A stretch of DNA of 64,000 nucleotides from Octopus vulgaris (lineage: Eukaryota), in NCBI GenBank assembly GCA_951406725.2, contig OX597831.1, positions 52,576,001-52,640,000 of the forward strand, given 5' to 3'. A model generated the notes under the pieces. That model saw only the letters and a list, made by a program, of their open reading frames with translations. It searched no databases and had not been told where the DNA came from. Shown in pieces: positions 13,780 to 27,357 of this stretch. The first letter of the stretch is position 1. Each line of letters begins with the position of its first letter. A program made the translations under genes and the position numbers.

Positions 13780-14665
13780 ATGCTGTTTATTTATTTGCGA
13801 AACTTTGCTTCTTTTGCAAGTCATTTGGATCGATTATAATTATAATTATAATGTTCTGGACTATTTATTTTTTCGGATTATAAATTTATCAAGTCTCGTC
13901 TTTAAAGTCTTTGCATCTACATTATGTTTCGATCCATTTGATTTTAATCAGCAGTTGTCTTATTTGTGATAACGTAATGTGTATATGTCCTAGTTTCGGA
14001 CGTGGAACTTTTATTTGTAAATGAGGGATTATAACGTTCTATTATAACTTTCTAGATGCAATCTCATGGTCATTCATGACTGAAGGAGTTCTTTACCTTT
14101 TACCCAAGCGGCCTTCTTGATCACACATTCATTACAAAAAAAAACCCAAAAAAAAACGGGATAGTCATAGCCGGAATGCTTTCGATTATAGCTCTGTTCT
14201 AAGGCGGCGAGCTGGCAGAAACGTTAGCATGCTGGGCGAAATGCTTAGCAGTATTTCGTCTGCTGGTATGTTCTGAGTTCAAAGTGGGCCACAGACGTAT
14301 TTACAATTATTATTAAATTTATTTATAGTTAGCTTTCGGTAACGGCATCTATATTAAGTTGATATCAACTCTGGTTTTACTGACTGAGTAATCAGCAATT
14401 GTTGTACGTACTGCTTCTCTCTAAATTTCCACTTTGAATTTCTGTCAGTAATGGCTATGTCATTCTATGTGTTATTCTTTCTTTGACCATATATGTTTAA
14501 ACATTCCTTTAATTCATCTTCCTCCTATTCTTCCAAACTTTCTGGTGCTCACTTAGTAAAACCGGACACTTAGGAGCTGTCCGGTTTCTCCTATATAATA
14601 CTTCCCCAATATATGAAACATTCTTATATGAGAAATCTGCAATGTTCTGATGTTATATCTTGTAC
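13780..14665 (-). mobile_element. Decayed Penelope-like element: GIY-YIG remnant plus hammerhead-like motif
   Basis: Minus strand near 14575-14605 reads VYIGETGQLLSVRF (GIY-YIG YIGET.R motif). A degenerate hammerhead at 13918-13951 lies downstream on the same strand. Confidence 0.6.
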
Positions 14666-14669
14666 ATTT

Positions 14670-14900
14670 TGCTTGTTTCAGTCATAGGACTGCCGTTGTG
14701 CTGGGGCACTACCTTGAAGGGTTTAGTCGAACAAATCGACCCCTCAGTACTTATTTTTAAAGTCTAGTACTTATTCTATCGGTTCTTTTTGCTGAACCGC
14801 AAAGTTACGGGACGTAAACAAACCAACAATGGTTGTCACAAAAATACACACATATGCACGCGCGCGCATCGTTTCCGTCTACCAAATTCACTCACAAGGT
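14670..14900 (-). mobile_element. SINE family A, partial
   Basis: Shared family A blocks. Confidence 0.75.
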
Positions 14901-15228
14901 CCGGGACAATAATAGTGACAATAGGTCTTAGGGATACCCTAGATTTATGCAATTTATGCAATTGGGGTAAACCACGGGTATGTTATCTTATTATGATATA
15001 CATAAGCTGTCCCTATTATTTTTTTTTCAGTAACTCTGGCAGCTTCTTCATGCAATGGAGATCTATTAAAACTATTTGTAGTCATTCAGAAGAATCCATG
15101 TTTTCTGCTTATTCTGTCCTATGAATAAGCGTATGAAGTTATTGTTCAACTGGAGAGGGTTTTCAAGGTACTACTCCCCAATGTTTTAATTAATCAGGTT
15201 ACAATATTACGAGTACTTCTTTTTTTTT

Positions 15229-15425
15229 AAGGCGGCTAGCTGGCAGAGTCGTTAGCACGCTGGGCAAAATGCTTAGCGGCATTTCATCCGACTTTACGTT
15301 CTAAGTTCTAATTCCATCGAGATTGACTTTGCCTTTTTTTGTGGGGCCACAAAGTTAGTATCAATTTGGCACTGGAGTCGATGTAATCGATTTACCCGCT
15401 TCCTTGTGTCAAAATTTGAAACCAG
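15229..15425 (+). mobile_element. SINE family B
   Basis: aaggcggctagctggcagagtcgttagcacg head through caaaatttgaaacc. Confidence 0.8.
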
Positions 15426-15624
15426 TATTACGTGATCAACGGTTGGTATTAAAATGCTCAAACTAAGAATGAATATATAACAAATTGTAGCCCTTTATTT
15501 AATAGAAATAACTTATGTTCGGACAAATTGGCTATAACTAAGATTAATGACAGATTGTCTTTGGTATCGGTTAACCCCAGACCAATTCCGCTTCAACAAA
15601 TACTCTTTTTCACATTTTACTTTT

Positions 15625-15980
15625 TTATTTCTTTCAGCCATGCTGTCGCAAAGGCTTGAATAATTTTAGTCGAATGAATCGACCCCAGTTTGTTTATTTG
15701 TTTTTTAAACCTGGTACTTATTCAATCTATTTCTTTTGCCGAACCGCTAATTTACGGGGATGTAAACACGCCAACACTGGTTGTCAAGCGATGATGGTGG
15801 ACAAACACACACATACGACGGACTCCTTTCAGTTTCCGTCCACTAAATCCACTTACAGGTCTTTGGTCGGCCTGAGGGTATAGTAGAAAACACTTGCCCA
15901 GGGTGCCACGCAATGAGACCGAACCCTGAATCATGTGGTTTGGAAGCAAACTTTCTTACCACACAGCCACCCTTACGCCT
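15625..15980 (-). mobile_element. SINE family A
   Basis: Matches 58703-59120 in reverse complement. Confidence 0.85.
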
Positions 15981-16771
15981 ATATCCAAAACTTAATTGTT
16001 CAATGCGCGCTCTTTCTCTCTTTTTTCTTTTTCTTTTCTTTTCTTTTGAGCTTGTAGGATATGATTTAAGGGATATTTGGGTACTATTTCTAGCAAGATG
16101 AACAATCGCTTAGAGGTTCTTTCGTTAATGACAGATTTTATTCTTTGGTGTGTTATTGAGTTGTTTTTTCTCCTGAGGAATCTTTGTTTTTTCAAAAAGC
16201 TTGTTGCTTATTGATGTGATCTGTTTTAGCCTTTTCAAATGTAGCATTTTCAAAACCGCTTAGTGGCTTGGGATATGCAACAAAGGGCCGCTTCGCAATG
16301 TTACTAGGATGTTAATTGAATCTTCCATTTCCCTCTATGGATTTTGATGATTTTTATTTTGCTCAACGATTTTGGTTTATGCGTTTTCATGGAAGTGCAC
16401 GGCGGCTGGATCCCGCTTCACTCTTTCTCACTTGTCATATTGTATTGATTTTTTTCAAAACTTTTATGGCTTTTTTCCTTTTCTTTTTCTTTTTTTTGCG
16501 GGGGGGTGGGGTGGAAGGGCGTGGGAGCGGCACTGACATTGGCATGGGAAGGAAAAGTGATTGGAGTTTTCCATCAGATTTTAGTACTCCTTCTTAGGGC
16601 GACGTTTTGGTAAAGGAGTCATTAGCGCATCAAATCGATTACCATGCAGTGTTCGTACCAGCTTTCAGATTCGGATGTCAATACATAAAGTATTAGTTTG
16701 ATACTGGGCTTCATCCACCGGCCATCATTCTCACGCTTTCTCACACACATACACAGAAGCACACACATACA

Positions 16772-16837
<66 letters not shown>

Positions 16838-17328
16838 TGTACCATGCTCTCGTTAATTTGTTGTATATATATATCTACGTAGACGCAAGCAGGCATATAC
16901 ACTTTCCTTACTAACCTATTTTGATTAATTTGATCAAGTAATCTATTAGTTAACGACAGCTCAAAAACGAGGTCAAACATAAAAGTCAAATATAATGTCA
17001 AACATAAGGTCAAATATTGGATCGACCGTTAAATCAAATATCAAGTCAAACATAAAGTCCAAACGTTAGGTCAGACAGATGGTCAAATATTAGGTCAGAT
17101 ATTTATCGTGATTATGTATATTCAATAGTAGTCCTACTTATTTCAATGGTGTTATTGCTGTCGTTGTTCAACCTCGAATCAGCTCTGATCATTCAAAGCA
17201 TCTTATTTTCTAACATATGTCTACAACTACATTATCTAGTATGACTTATCTTTATTCTAATACGCTGGTTCTTTCGTTTCAAGACGGGTGCACCACTATT
17301 TCTACTCTGTCGAGTGACCAACTAGAAG

Positions 17329-17399
<71 letters not shown>

Positions 17400-17959
17400 G
17401 CTTGCGTCTTTAAGTAGCTAAGTGGCACGCTTTGTAACCACGTTTCTTCTGGCTTTACACCCAAAGTTCAAATACCATCAACGTCGACTTTGTCTTTCAT
17501 CCTTTCCAGATCGCTAAAATATAAAACCAGTAGAGCACTGGAATTAATGTAATCGATTTACCCACTCCACTAAAATTGCCGGCTTTGTGCCAAAATTAGA
17601 AATAATTATGTACGTGTTATATTATCTCAGTAGATGGTGGCGGTATAGGTAAAGGTGGTATAACTTAGCGGTTCAGCAAAAGAAACCGATAGAATAAGTA
17701 CCAGACTTTACATAAAATATGAGTACTGGAATCGATTCGTTGGACTAAAATTCTTTAAGGTGGTGCCCCAGCTTGGCCGCAGTCTGATGCCGGAAACAAG
17801 TAAAAGAATAGGGTGTGTGCTGTGTTATTGCATTGAATGGTGATCGTATAAAGTTTGTGTTGTGTGCAGTTGTGTACAGACAGTGTATTGTCTGAGATGT
17901 GCTACTGAATCGAGTCTTGCATAAGATGAGGACGGTGCCTAGCAAATCATTTTGTTAAC

Positions 17960-18190
17960 TGTATGTAAAACTGTGAGCATTGATATGGGTTTTTTTAAAG
18001 TTATTCTTCATTTTCTTTTTATCATACCTTTGGCTTCAGTTATCATTGGTATTATTCTCACATTCTTAACCTTTGTCATACTTTATTTCGAATTCTAGAT
18101 GATTGCAATTCAACATATCCTGGCTTCTTGCCGAGTGTTGTCAAAAGGGATCGAGATGCTTGTCAGAATAGAGAGATTTTCATTACGGCA
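17960..18190 (-). pseudogene. RLE-type (R4/Dong-like) non-LTR C-terminal fragment
   Basis: Minus-strand pieces SIPFDN and VRIIPMITEAKGMI resemble the C-terminal PIVIGALG region. Heavily decayed. Confidence 0.4.
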
Positions 18191-18204
18191 GTTTTTAAAT
18201 CTTT

Positions 18205-18595
18205 TACCTTTTGCTTGCTTACTTGTTTCATACATTGGACTGCGGCCATGCTAGAACACCGCCTTGAAGAGTTTAGTCGAACAAATTGCCTCCAGTAATT
18301 ATTTTGCTTTTTAATGCCTGGTACTTTCTCGATCGTTCACTTTCGCCGAACCCCTAAGTTAAGGGGATGTAAACAAACTGATATTGCTTGTAAAGCAGCG
18401 GGGGAGGAGAGCAAACGCAAATGCAAACACACACAGCGGGCTACCACATAGCTTCCGTACCAAATTCACTCACAAGGCATTGGTCAGCCCGAGGCTTTAG
18501 TAGAAGACTTTCCGAAGACGCAGCGCAGTAAGACTGAATCCGAATACCTTCGGTTGCAAAGCGAGCTTCTTCGCCACACGGCTATGCCTGCGCCC
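18205..18595 (-). mobile_element. SINE family A
   Basis: Shared family A blocks. Confidence 0.8.
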
Positions 18596-18959
18596 ATATG
18601 ATATACCTTGATCTACTCTCACTCTGAGCAGACGTATACCAGAAGATTCGTGTTTGCTGCATGTTTCTTCTTTCGTTTTCGCATAGAAATATCGGCAACT
18701 TGCCCACTGGTCATAGCTGCTGACTCGATCGTGTCTGTGAATATACTTGGACTTGGCAAGGAGCGGGCAACCAGAAACGACGTCATCAATTAACTTTTTG
18801 TACTGATTTCATAATTTTCTCTTGATGTTAGTGTTTCTATTCATTGTTTTATTTTTGTAATTAGACGTGGCTAGGCATTGGCGTTAGACAACTAAAACCA
18901 AACCTTCTGTTTCTGCTTTCGCTCATAATTTTTGAAACATTAATGGCTTTCACTCCGGT

Positions 18960-19045
<86 letters not shown>

Positions 19046-19185
19046 TAGTTTTATTTTCATAGTGTGCTTTCACTTCACTACCGAGCACAGCTCTGTGTGC
19101 CTTGGGTATGTGCTGTGATTTGTTGTGATGCTCTGTATCATTATTATTATCATTATTATTATTATTATTATTATTATCATTATTA

Positions 19186-19225
<40 letters not shown>

Positions 19226-19396
19226 CGTCATCATCTTCTTCATCATCATCATCATCATCATCATCATTATTAGTAGTAGTAATATTATTTCTTTACTATA
19301 GAAGCCTTATTTTTTATTGCTTGCTTTTACTGCAGTGGGGTTTCGTATTTTCTATTGCATTCATAATACTTTATGCCATATGTGGCTTATGTGTCA

Positions 19397-20746
19397 TCTC
19401 CATATATATATATAAAATTTTTTGTTTGTCTGTTTCCTATGCATTCTCAATCGGCTCCACCAAATCAAATCAAATTTTACAAAGCGCGAGTGTCAACATG
19501 TAATATTAATTTTCATTTGGATTAAAACAATATAACATTTTATCTAAAATAATATTTCTATAGTCAACTATAATAAAGGACATTTTATACCACGACGACG
19601 ACGACGTTACATTTTGTATATGAGTGTATATGTCTGAGTGTGTGTGTTTGTACGTTCGTTACGTCCGACATAGTAAAGGACATTTTATACCAGCACCACC
19701 ACCACCACGACAAATTTTGTATATGAGTCTGTGTGTGTGTGTCTGTGACTGTGTGTCTGTTTGCGCGTTCCTTACGTACAAGATAGTAAAGGACATTTTA
19801 TACCACCACGACCGCGACCACGACACATTTTGTATGTGAGTGTGTATGTGTCTAAGAGTGTATGTGTGTTTGCGCGTTCGTTACGTAAATGTATGTTTGT
19901 ATGTATCTGTCTTAGTGTATGTATGTGAGTATATGTGAGAGTGTATGTGTGTGTAAGTGTATGTGCGATTGTCAATTACACTGATGTAAACTGACTATGT
20001 GAGAGAGCTATACTGGCCCCAACAAATGAAATGGTTGATAAACTTACTCGTGAACTTCTTCAAAAGTTAACAGGTACATCAGAAATTACGTTTCCATCAA
20101 TTCACACAACAGTCGATCAAGATCAGTTTGTTCAATACCCTGTTGATTTTCTGAACACACTTAAACCTACTGGGATGCGTTCGCATAACTTGACGCTAAA
20201 GCTGGATTCTCCCATTATGTTGCTTAGGAATCTTGACCCGCCTCGCCTGTGTAATGGAACTCGCTTAACTGTTACTTCCATGAAGCCCCATGTCCTGCAG
20301 GCAATAATCATAACAGGTAGTCACAAAGAAGAAAATGTCTTTATTCCAAAATTTCCTCTCATACCTACAGATGTTTCATTTGAATTTAAGACACTTGAGT
20401 TTCCAGTCAAACTAAGTTTTGGTCTTTCAATTAACAAATCTCAGGGTCATCTCACTACTACATGCTTCTCCCACGGCCAACTCTATGTTGGTTGCTCACG
20501 AGTTAGAAGCAGCAACAATTTTATCATTTGGACACCAACAAAAAATTACACGATGAATATTGTTTACCTCGAGGTGCTTCAAGATTGACAGATTTTCAGT
20601 TCTAAATTCTATTTTTACAATTTGGATATCTTTTAACAAAATATAGATATTTGGGAATAATTATGAGAGAAAATATATCTTCATATTTATTGTTTACTAA
20701 TCTGAATAAGAACAGTAACCTGAGCAACACCGGGTAATTCAGCTAG
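19397..20746 (+). mobile_element. Internally deleted Helitron with both termini
   Basis: A|TC start at 19397, CTAG|T end at 20743-20746, subterminal hairpin acctgagcaacaccgggt, no TSD. Three internal repeats of aaaggacattttatacca. Confidence 0.88.
19974..20588 (+). pseudogene. Helitron RepHel PIF1-family helicase C-terminal fragment
   Basis: NYTDVN*LCERAILAPTNE...PIMLLRNLDPPRLCNGTRL...FPVKLSFGLSINKSQG...CFSHGQLYVGCSRV. In-frame stop upstream and a deletion after SQG. Confidence 0.92.
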
Positions 20747-20749
20747 TTC

Positions 20750-21260
20750 TCAATATTTTGTGTTGATGTATAAATGCTGGAGTCTGGTTATATTACAGTT
20801 CTATATGTATCCATTTTTTGTTTTAAATCATTCTCAAAGTACCAATTATTATTATGATGATTGTTTCTATATTCTGTCCCTAGATTTTAATTGTCTCCCT
20901 ATTTATAGATCCTTCTTTTGGTATAATTTCTCCAATTCTCTTAGCAATACATTATCATCTGTTGTGGGGTGATACTTCGATTAAGAAGTTCCTTCCTTTC
21001 CTCGTGATTCCTGATAACAATATCCGGTGATTATTCTTCATCTTCCTACAATTTGTATTGATAGGAATTCCATGACTATGGTCGCTTTGTCATTTACTAA
21101 GAACTTTTTCTAGTGTATATTTATATTACTTCTTTTCTGTTGGCTTTTCATGGTGCTGACACACATTCTAGGGAATGAAATCCCTAGTTTTTTCATGCTT
21201 GCAGATGTATTCTGCCTTGGATAACACTGAGCAACCAAGAGACAGTGTGATAGTTTCTTC
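20750..21260 (-). pseudogene. Decayed R4/Dong-like non-LTR fragment (host of the Helitron)
   Basis: Minus-strand SPDIVIRNHEERRNFLIEV resembles the RLE RPD..D motif. Confidence 0.5.
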
Positions 21261-21897
21261 CCGACTTCCTCATGTTCTGATATTAATGTATTCTGGTAGT
21301 CTCTGTGTTTCTGATTAAAAAAAAAAGATTTAATTTTGTGCCACAATCAAGAATGTTCCAACCTCACCTCTTAGTTTTGTGTTACGCAGTGCTGCAATTT
21401 TTTTTTCTGTCTTCACCATATTTAAGGTGGGTTTTTTTTTTTTTCGAGTATAGGATATCAAGTAGCTTTTCTTGCCATCGTTTTAACGTAACATCATGGA
21501 AACCAATCTTAGCTTTACGCAATTTCTGATGCCGTTTCTTCTCTATTCTTACAATTTTCTGTCACTTCAACCTCTTTATTTATTTTATTATTATTATTTT
21601 TCTTTTTGCAGTTGTTAACTTCCTTGAACACAGAAACAAATATTTTGTTTGTTTGTTCTGTTCGTGTGTCGTAACTCTTTGCATAGATGTGCACAGTCAA
21701 CCAAGATAGGACTTATTGCAGTAGGGACGTTTACGAGAAGATGCAGACGGTCAATAAGCGGACTAGTTATGTAGGGGTTGACAGGGAGGATCGTCATCAA
21801 CTAGTGGCGGGTCTCTGCTGCTGCAGCTACTGCTGTTGTTGTTGTTGTTGTTGTCGTCGTCGTCGTCGTCGTCGTCCTCGTCGTCGTTGTTGTTGTT

Positions 21898-22280
21898 AAG
21901 GCGGTGAGCTGGCAGAATCGTTAGTACGCCGGGCAAAATGCTTAGCAGTATTTCGTCCATCTTTACTTTCTGAGTTCAAACTCTGCCAAGATCGACTTTG
22001 CCTTTCATCCTTTCGGGGTCGATAAAATAAGTACCAGTTGAACACTTGGACCGATGTAATCGACTTACCCACTCCCCCGAAATTGTTGGCCTTGTGCCAA
22101 AATTTGAAACCATCATCATCGTTATTGCACGCCGGGAAAAAATGCTTTGCGGTATTTCATCTGTCTTTATATTCTGAGTTCAAATTCCGCCGAGGTCAAC
22201 TTTGCTTTCATCCTTTCGGGATCAATAAATTAAGTCGATCTAATCGACTTGTCCCCCCCACCCAACAAATTTTAAACCCT
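21898..22280 (+). mobile_element. SINE family B tandem pair
   Basis: Full head aaggcggtgagctggcagaatcgttag plus two cores. Confidence 0.85.
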
Positions 22281-22361
22281 ATACCTGTCGTAGAAAGGAT
22301 TATTATTATTATTATTATTATCATTATCATTTTTGTTATTATCATCATCATCATATCATCA

Positions 22362-22434
<73 letters not shown>

Positions 22435-22492
22435 TGTTATTATCATCTTCATCATCATATCATCATCATCATTATTATTATTATTATTATTA

Positions 22493-22741
22493 CTTTTTTT
22501 TCTTCTTTCAAATTTGCTTCCATTTCTTGCCGAGTGTCTTCCCGACTCCTAGGGCAAAGAAACTCATAGTATACATTGGTAGGCCATTAAACCAAACTCA
22601 ATAGTTCATTCATTTTTTTTTTTAAGTTATATCAAAATACATGAGCAGCAACAGTTCTCACATCGACAATGCTCTACTCAATACGTGTGATGTACCAGTT
22701 AAGACAATCTTTTGCACTTCTTGCAGGGATGGTAAGCCAGG

Positions 22742-22742
<1 letters not shown>
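22493..22742 (-). mobile_element. 3' end of an R4/Dong-like retrotransposon in (TTA)n
   Basis: Minus strand PGLPSLQEVQKIVLTGTSHVLSRALSM* followed by a 3'UTR. The same 3'UTR recurs at 32769-32860. Confidence 0.7.
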
Positions 22743-22788
<46 letters not shown>

Positions 22789-22789
22789 T

Positions 22790-22990
22790 ATACACTCAGC
22801 AGATTAGACTGTTGGAAAAGAAAAGAACCCTAACAACGGGCTACATCAAGTAGCCTTAGATGTCAAGAACCTTCCTAAGTATCCTAGCTGTCCCTAATAA
22901 CACTGTTTTCTGCAGCTGTACTAAATTGGGTTTTATGCATATTTCTTATATCCATCTGTTTAGATCATTGGAGATAGTTCCAATGCACCT
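22790..22990 (-). mobile_element. 3' end of a second R4/Dong-like family in (TTA)n
   Basis: Minus strand PNLVQLQKTVLLGTARILRKVLDI*, a typical RLE C-terminus. Confidence 0.75.
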
Positions 22991-23182
22991 ATATTATTAT
23001 TATTATTATTCTATGTTTGACTTTTGCTTTATATCTGTACAAGTTTGCTCCAAGTCTCACCCAGAGACCTCAAGAGACAACAGGTTGGAAGTTCTGTGCC
23101 ATATATTTGGGTTTTTTTTTTTTTTTGTGTTGTACTAGTGAATGTCTAATACATAAAAATAAAATTTTAAAAAAATAAAAAA

Positions 23183-23217
<35 letters not shown>

Positions 23218-23251
23218 CATCCTCATTTATATATTTTTTCTTATTTTCCAG

Positions 23252-23516
23252 TCTTACGTCACATGTACCCTAGGTATCGATTACGTGGGGTACTGTATGA
23301 TCACCATGGGTCTGGCTAACGTTCTCAGTTCTGTTATGGTTGCACTCTGTGCCAAATATATTCCCAGAGAAGTGGTACTCGGTTTCGGAGGGGTCGTACA
23401 TATCGGACTCATGATTGGATTCCTAATTTGGATACCCGAGAAAAATCTGTTAATATTCTTTATACTGGCGGCATCGTGGGGTGTCTGTGATGCAGTATGG
23501 CAGACCCAGTGTAACA
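23252..23516 (+). CDS. UNC93A: UNC-93-like protein, penultimate coding exon
   Basis: Acceptor ttttcttattttccag ends 23251, donor gtgagt at 23517. Translates SYVTCTLGIDYVGYCMITMGLANVLSS...WIPEKNLLIFFILAASWGVCDAVWQTQCN, carrying the UNC93 motifs SYVTC.LG and WG..DAVWQTQ.N. Phase 0 in, phase 1 out. Confidence 0.95.
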
Positions 23517-23729
23517 GTGAGTAACAATTTCATCATTTCTACACCTTCCTTTAACAATTGGCTTTACTTATCCACTCATGTATCCATTCATACTCACACA
23601 CTCACATACTCACTCCAACACACACACACACACACACACACAATTGTAAACACTCTTTCTCGATCTATATATTTTACTTATTATCTTTATCTCTCTCCCC
23701 CACGTTCCAAGTCTCTCTCCACCCTCTGA

Positions 23730-23762
<33 letters not shown>

Positions 23763-23768
23763 TACCAC

Positions 23769-23811
<43 letters not shown>

Positions 23812-23816
23812 TACAC

Positions 23817-23851
<35 letters not shown>

Positions 23852-24070
23852 TATATGCGTGTATGTATGTGTGTGTATAAATATATATATACATATATAC
23901 ATGTACTCTTTTATATATAGATGTATTTATATGTACACATACACACACATATATATATATATATACATACACACGTTATATATGTATATATATATAATAT
24001 AATATATAGTTATACACATACACACATATATACGTATGTGTGTGTGTATTCAGACGTATATATGTACATA

Positions 24071-24101
<31 letters not shown>

Positions 24102-24114
24102 TATACTCATATAC

Positions 24115-24170
<56 letters not shown>

Positions 24171-24554
24171 GCACACACACAGAAAGAAAGAGAGAGAGGA
24201 GACAGGGTGAGAGGAAGGGAAGGAAAAGGTGAGGACCAAACAAAACCATCTTTTGACAATGGAAGAGAAACGAACCAAGCTGGAGGGTGTAATATAAGAA
24301 AACGACGTCTTCTGTGGGCGCGTGCCGCATGGTATTTCAAGACGTGTTTGGAATAATAGGATATCTAGATGTCAAATGAGGTGCTTGAAGAACCAGAAAT
24401 AATGAATTCCGTATTTCAGATTGTCTATTCCATACAAAAGATTCCTGGTAATCCATTTGCTTCTTCGAAACATTGGTGAATTTACATAAATACATAGAAG
24501 CATAGTTACATAGATACCGGAGATAAATATATATGTGTGTGTGTGTGTGTTTGT

Positions 24555-24609
<55 letters not shown>

Positions 24610-24872
24610 TGTGTGTCTGTGTGTATGTGTGTGTGTATGCGCGCGTGTGCGTGTTTGTACGTATACACTCACAGAGGCGTACCTACACAATTACAATGCG
24701 TTTTTTGAATATAAATATGAATGTATGTGTGTAGTCATGTGTATATCTATGGGTGAATGTCTCTGTATGTGTAGATATATATGTATATATGTTTATATAC
24801 ATGCACTTACATATATATATATTTACATATATGCATATAATATATATATATATTTATGTATGTATATATATA

Positions 24873-24918
<46 letters not shown>

Positions 24919-25143
24919 TGAGAGAGTTGGTATGTGAAAGCACGTGGCTGGATGTATAAAAGACAAAAAAGAGTGAAAAAACTATAGAAGGCTTGTGTTA
25001 TACATACATACATACATTAAGGCATTATCTACATAATTACTTAGCGTTTTTAAATATAAATATGAATGTCTGCACGTGTGACTCTGCGTAGTTATATGCA
25101 TATATAGGTATGCACACACACACTCATACTTGTATATACATAT

Positions 25144-25177
<34 letters not shown>

Positions 25178-25190
25178 TATTTACTTCTTT

Positions 25191-25230
<40 letters not shown>

Positions 25231-25241
25231 CATGTATGTAT

Positions 25242-25303
<62 letters not shown>

Positions 25304-25476
25304 ATATATATGTAAATATATAAATATATATATATATACACACACACACTTATTTCGATAAATACGTTATACACACGCATACACTAATGGACCTGTAGAT
25401 CTTTTTCGATCACAAGTTGAAGTTTTACAAATATATAATAAAGTGCGCATGTGTGTATGTGTGCAGTACATGTGTA

Positions 25477-25543
<67 letters not shown>

Positions 25544-26027
25544 GTGGGTGAAGTTAATCTCATTATACATGAAACAATATTATGTACACGGGCACCTATT
25601 AATATAATTATTTATATGAGATTCTAGACTTTGAAATCTCAACGTTTCATACGTTACACATGCAATCATCAGTAGAAGAGTAGGGGATTGACACTCATAG
25701 TGCAAGCAATGTATTCTTTCGTAAAACAAACCAAATACGATAGAACAAACTGAACTACTAAAAATTAGTGTAATACATGCATACACAAAGTATGTCTTTT
25801 AGAATAAATGTAAATATATTAACGTTATAAAGTGGCTTAATTCCTTAAAAGGGGTGAAATATTAAATTAAATTTTGCAATACGTACAGTGGCATATCTAA
25901 TCGATATAGGTATATTAATGTCACAAGAGTGCTCAGGATCTCGTGAGAGATGTAATTAAAATAAACATAAATGAACTAATATATAAATATATACATACAT
26001 GCGTATATATATAACACACACATTATA

Positions 26028-26080
<53 letters not shown>

Positions 26081-26319
26081 CATACATACATACATACATA
26101 CATACATACATACATACATACATACATACATACATACATACATACATACATACAATCATACATGTATATAAATATGTATTATGTCTGTGTGTGTGAAAAT
26201 ATTCCACACAAGTCAGGAGATATAGAAAAAATAAGATAAAGTGTTTTTACTTTGATATATGTTTTCCTTTCATCTTAGTTTTTGTTTGTTTTACTTATTA
26301 CATAGATAGATAGACAGAC

Positions 26320-26420
<101 letters not shown>

Positions 26421-26637
26421 TTTTACTCTTTAACTTCATTTCCCTCTCTGTGTATAGCATGTTCAGTCTACATTTGGATCAGTTACTTTCTATTTGACGA
26501 CAGATATATTTGTTGACACGAACAAATTTTCTTTCTATCTCTTATTTATAAATATAGTGTAGTGTATGTATCTGTGTATATGTGTGTGTGCGTGTGTGTA
26601 AATATATATATATACATACACACACACACACACACAC

Positions 26638-26853
<216 letters not shown>

Positions 26854-27060
26854 CAAAATTTTAACAAAATTCCTTAAAATCGTCGTTCGACTCTATTCTT
26901 TCACTTATTTATAGTTAAAAAAACACACACATTTCCACACGAAAACACGTGATTTCTGCCCCTGGCATGTAGCTTCAACCGTGTTTTCTGACGTGAATTT
27001 GCTACCCGGGAATTATCCTAGTATGGACAATTGTCCATACTAGGATAATTCATTCACCTA

Positions 27061-27149
<89 letters not shown>

Positions 27150-27357
27150 ATATATATATATATAAAGTTCAAGTTTACAGAAAAAAGAAGACAGGTGAGA
27201 GAACAACAAGCTGGTGTAGTTATTTAACGCTCAGGAAAAATGGAAAAGTCTTCAACGTTTCAAACCTGCATTTTTCAATAGAAAGGATTGGCAGGAAAAA
27301 AATATGGAGAGAGAACGAAAAAAAAATGCGTAAGGTTTAATAGATATAAAACATAAA

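Noticed and set aside
20031-20588. Host PIF1 helicase gene
   Set aside because: Intronless, truncated, with an upstream in-frame stop, and bounded by Helitron termini.
24380-24480. cttgaagaa...ttcttcgaaacattggt as a hammerhead with extended stem II
   Set aside because: Stem I and the core cannot be assigned convincingly by eye.
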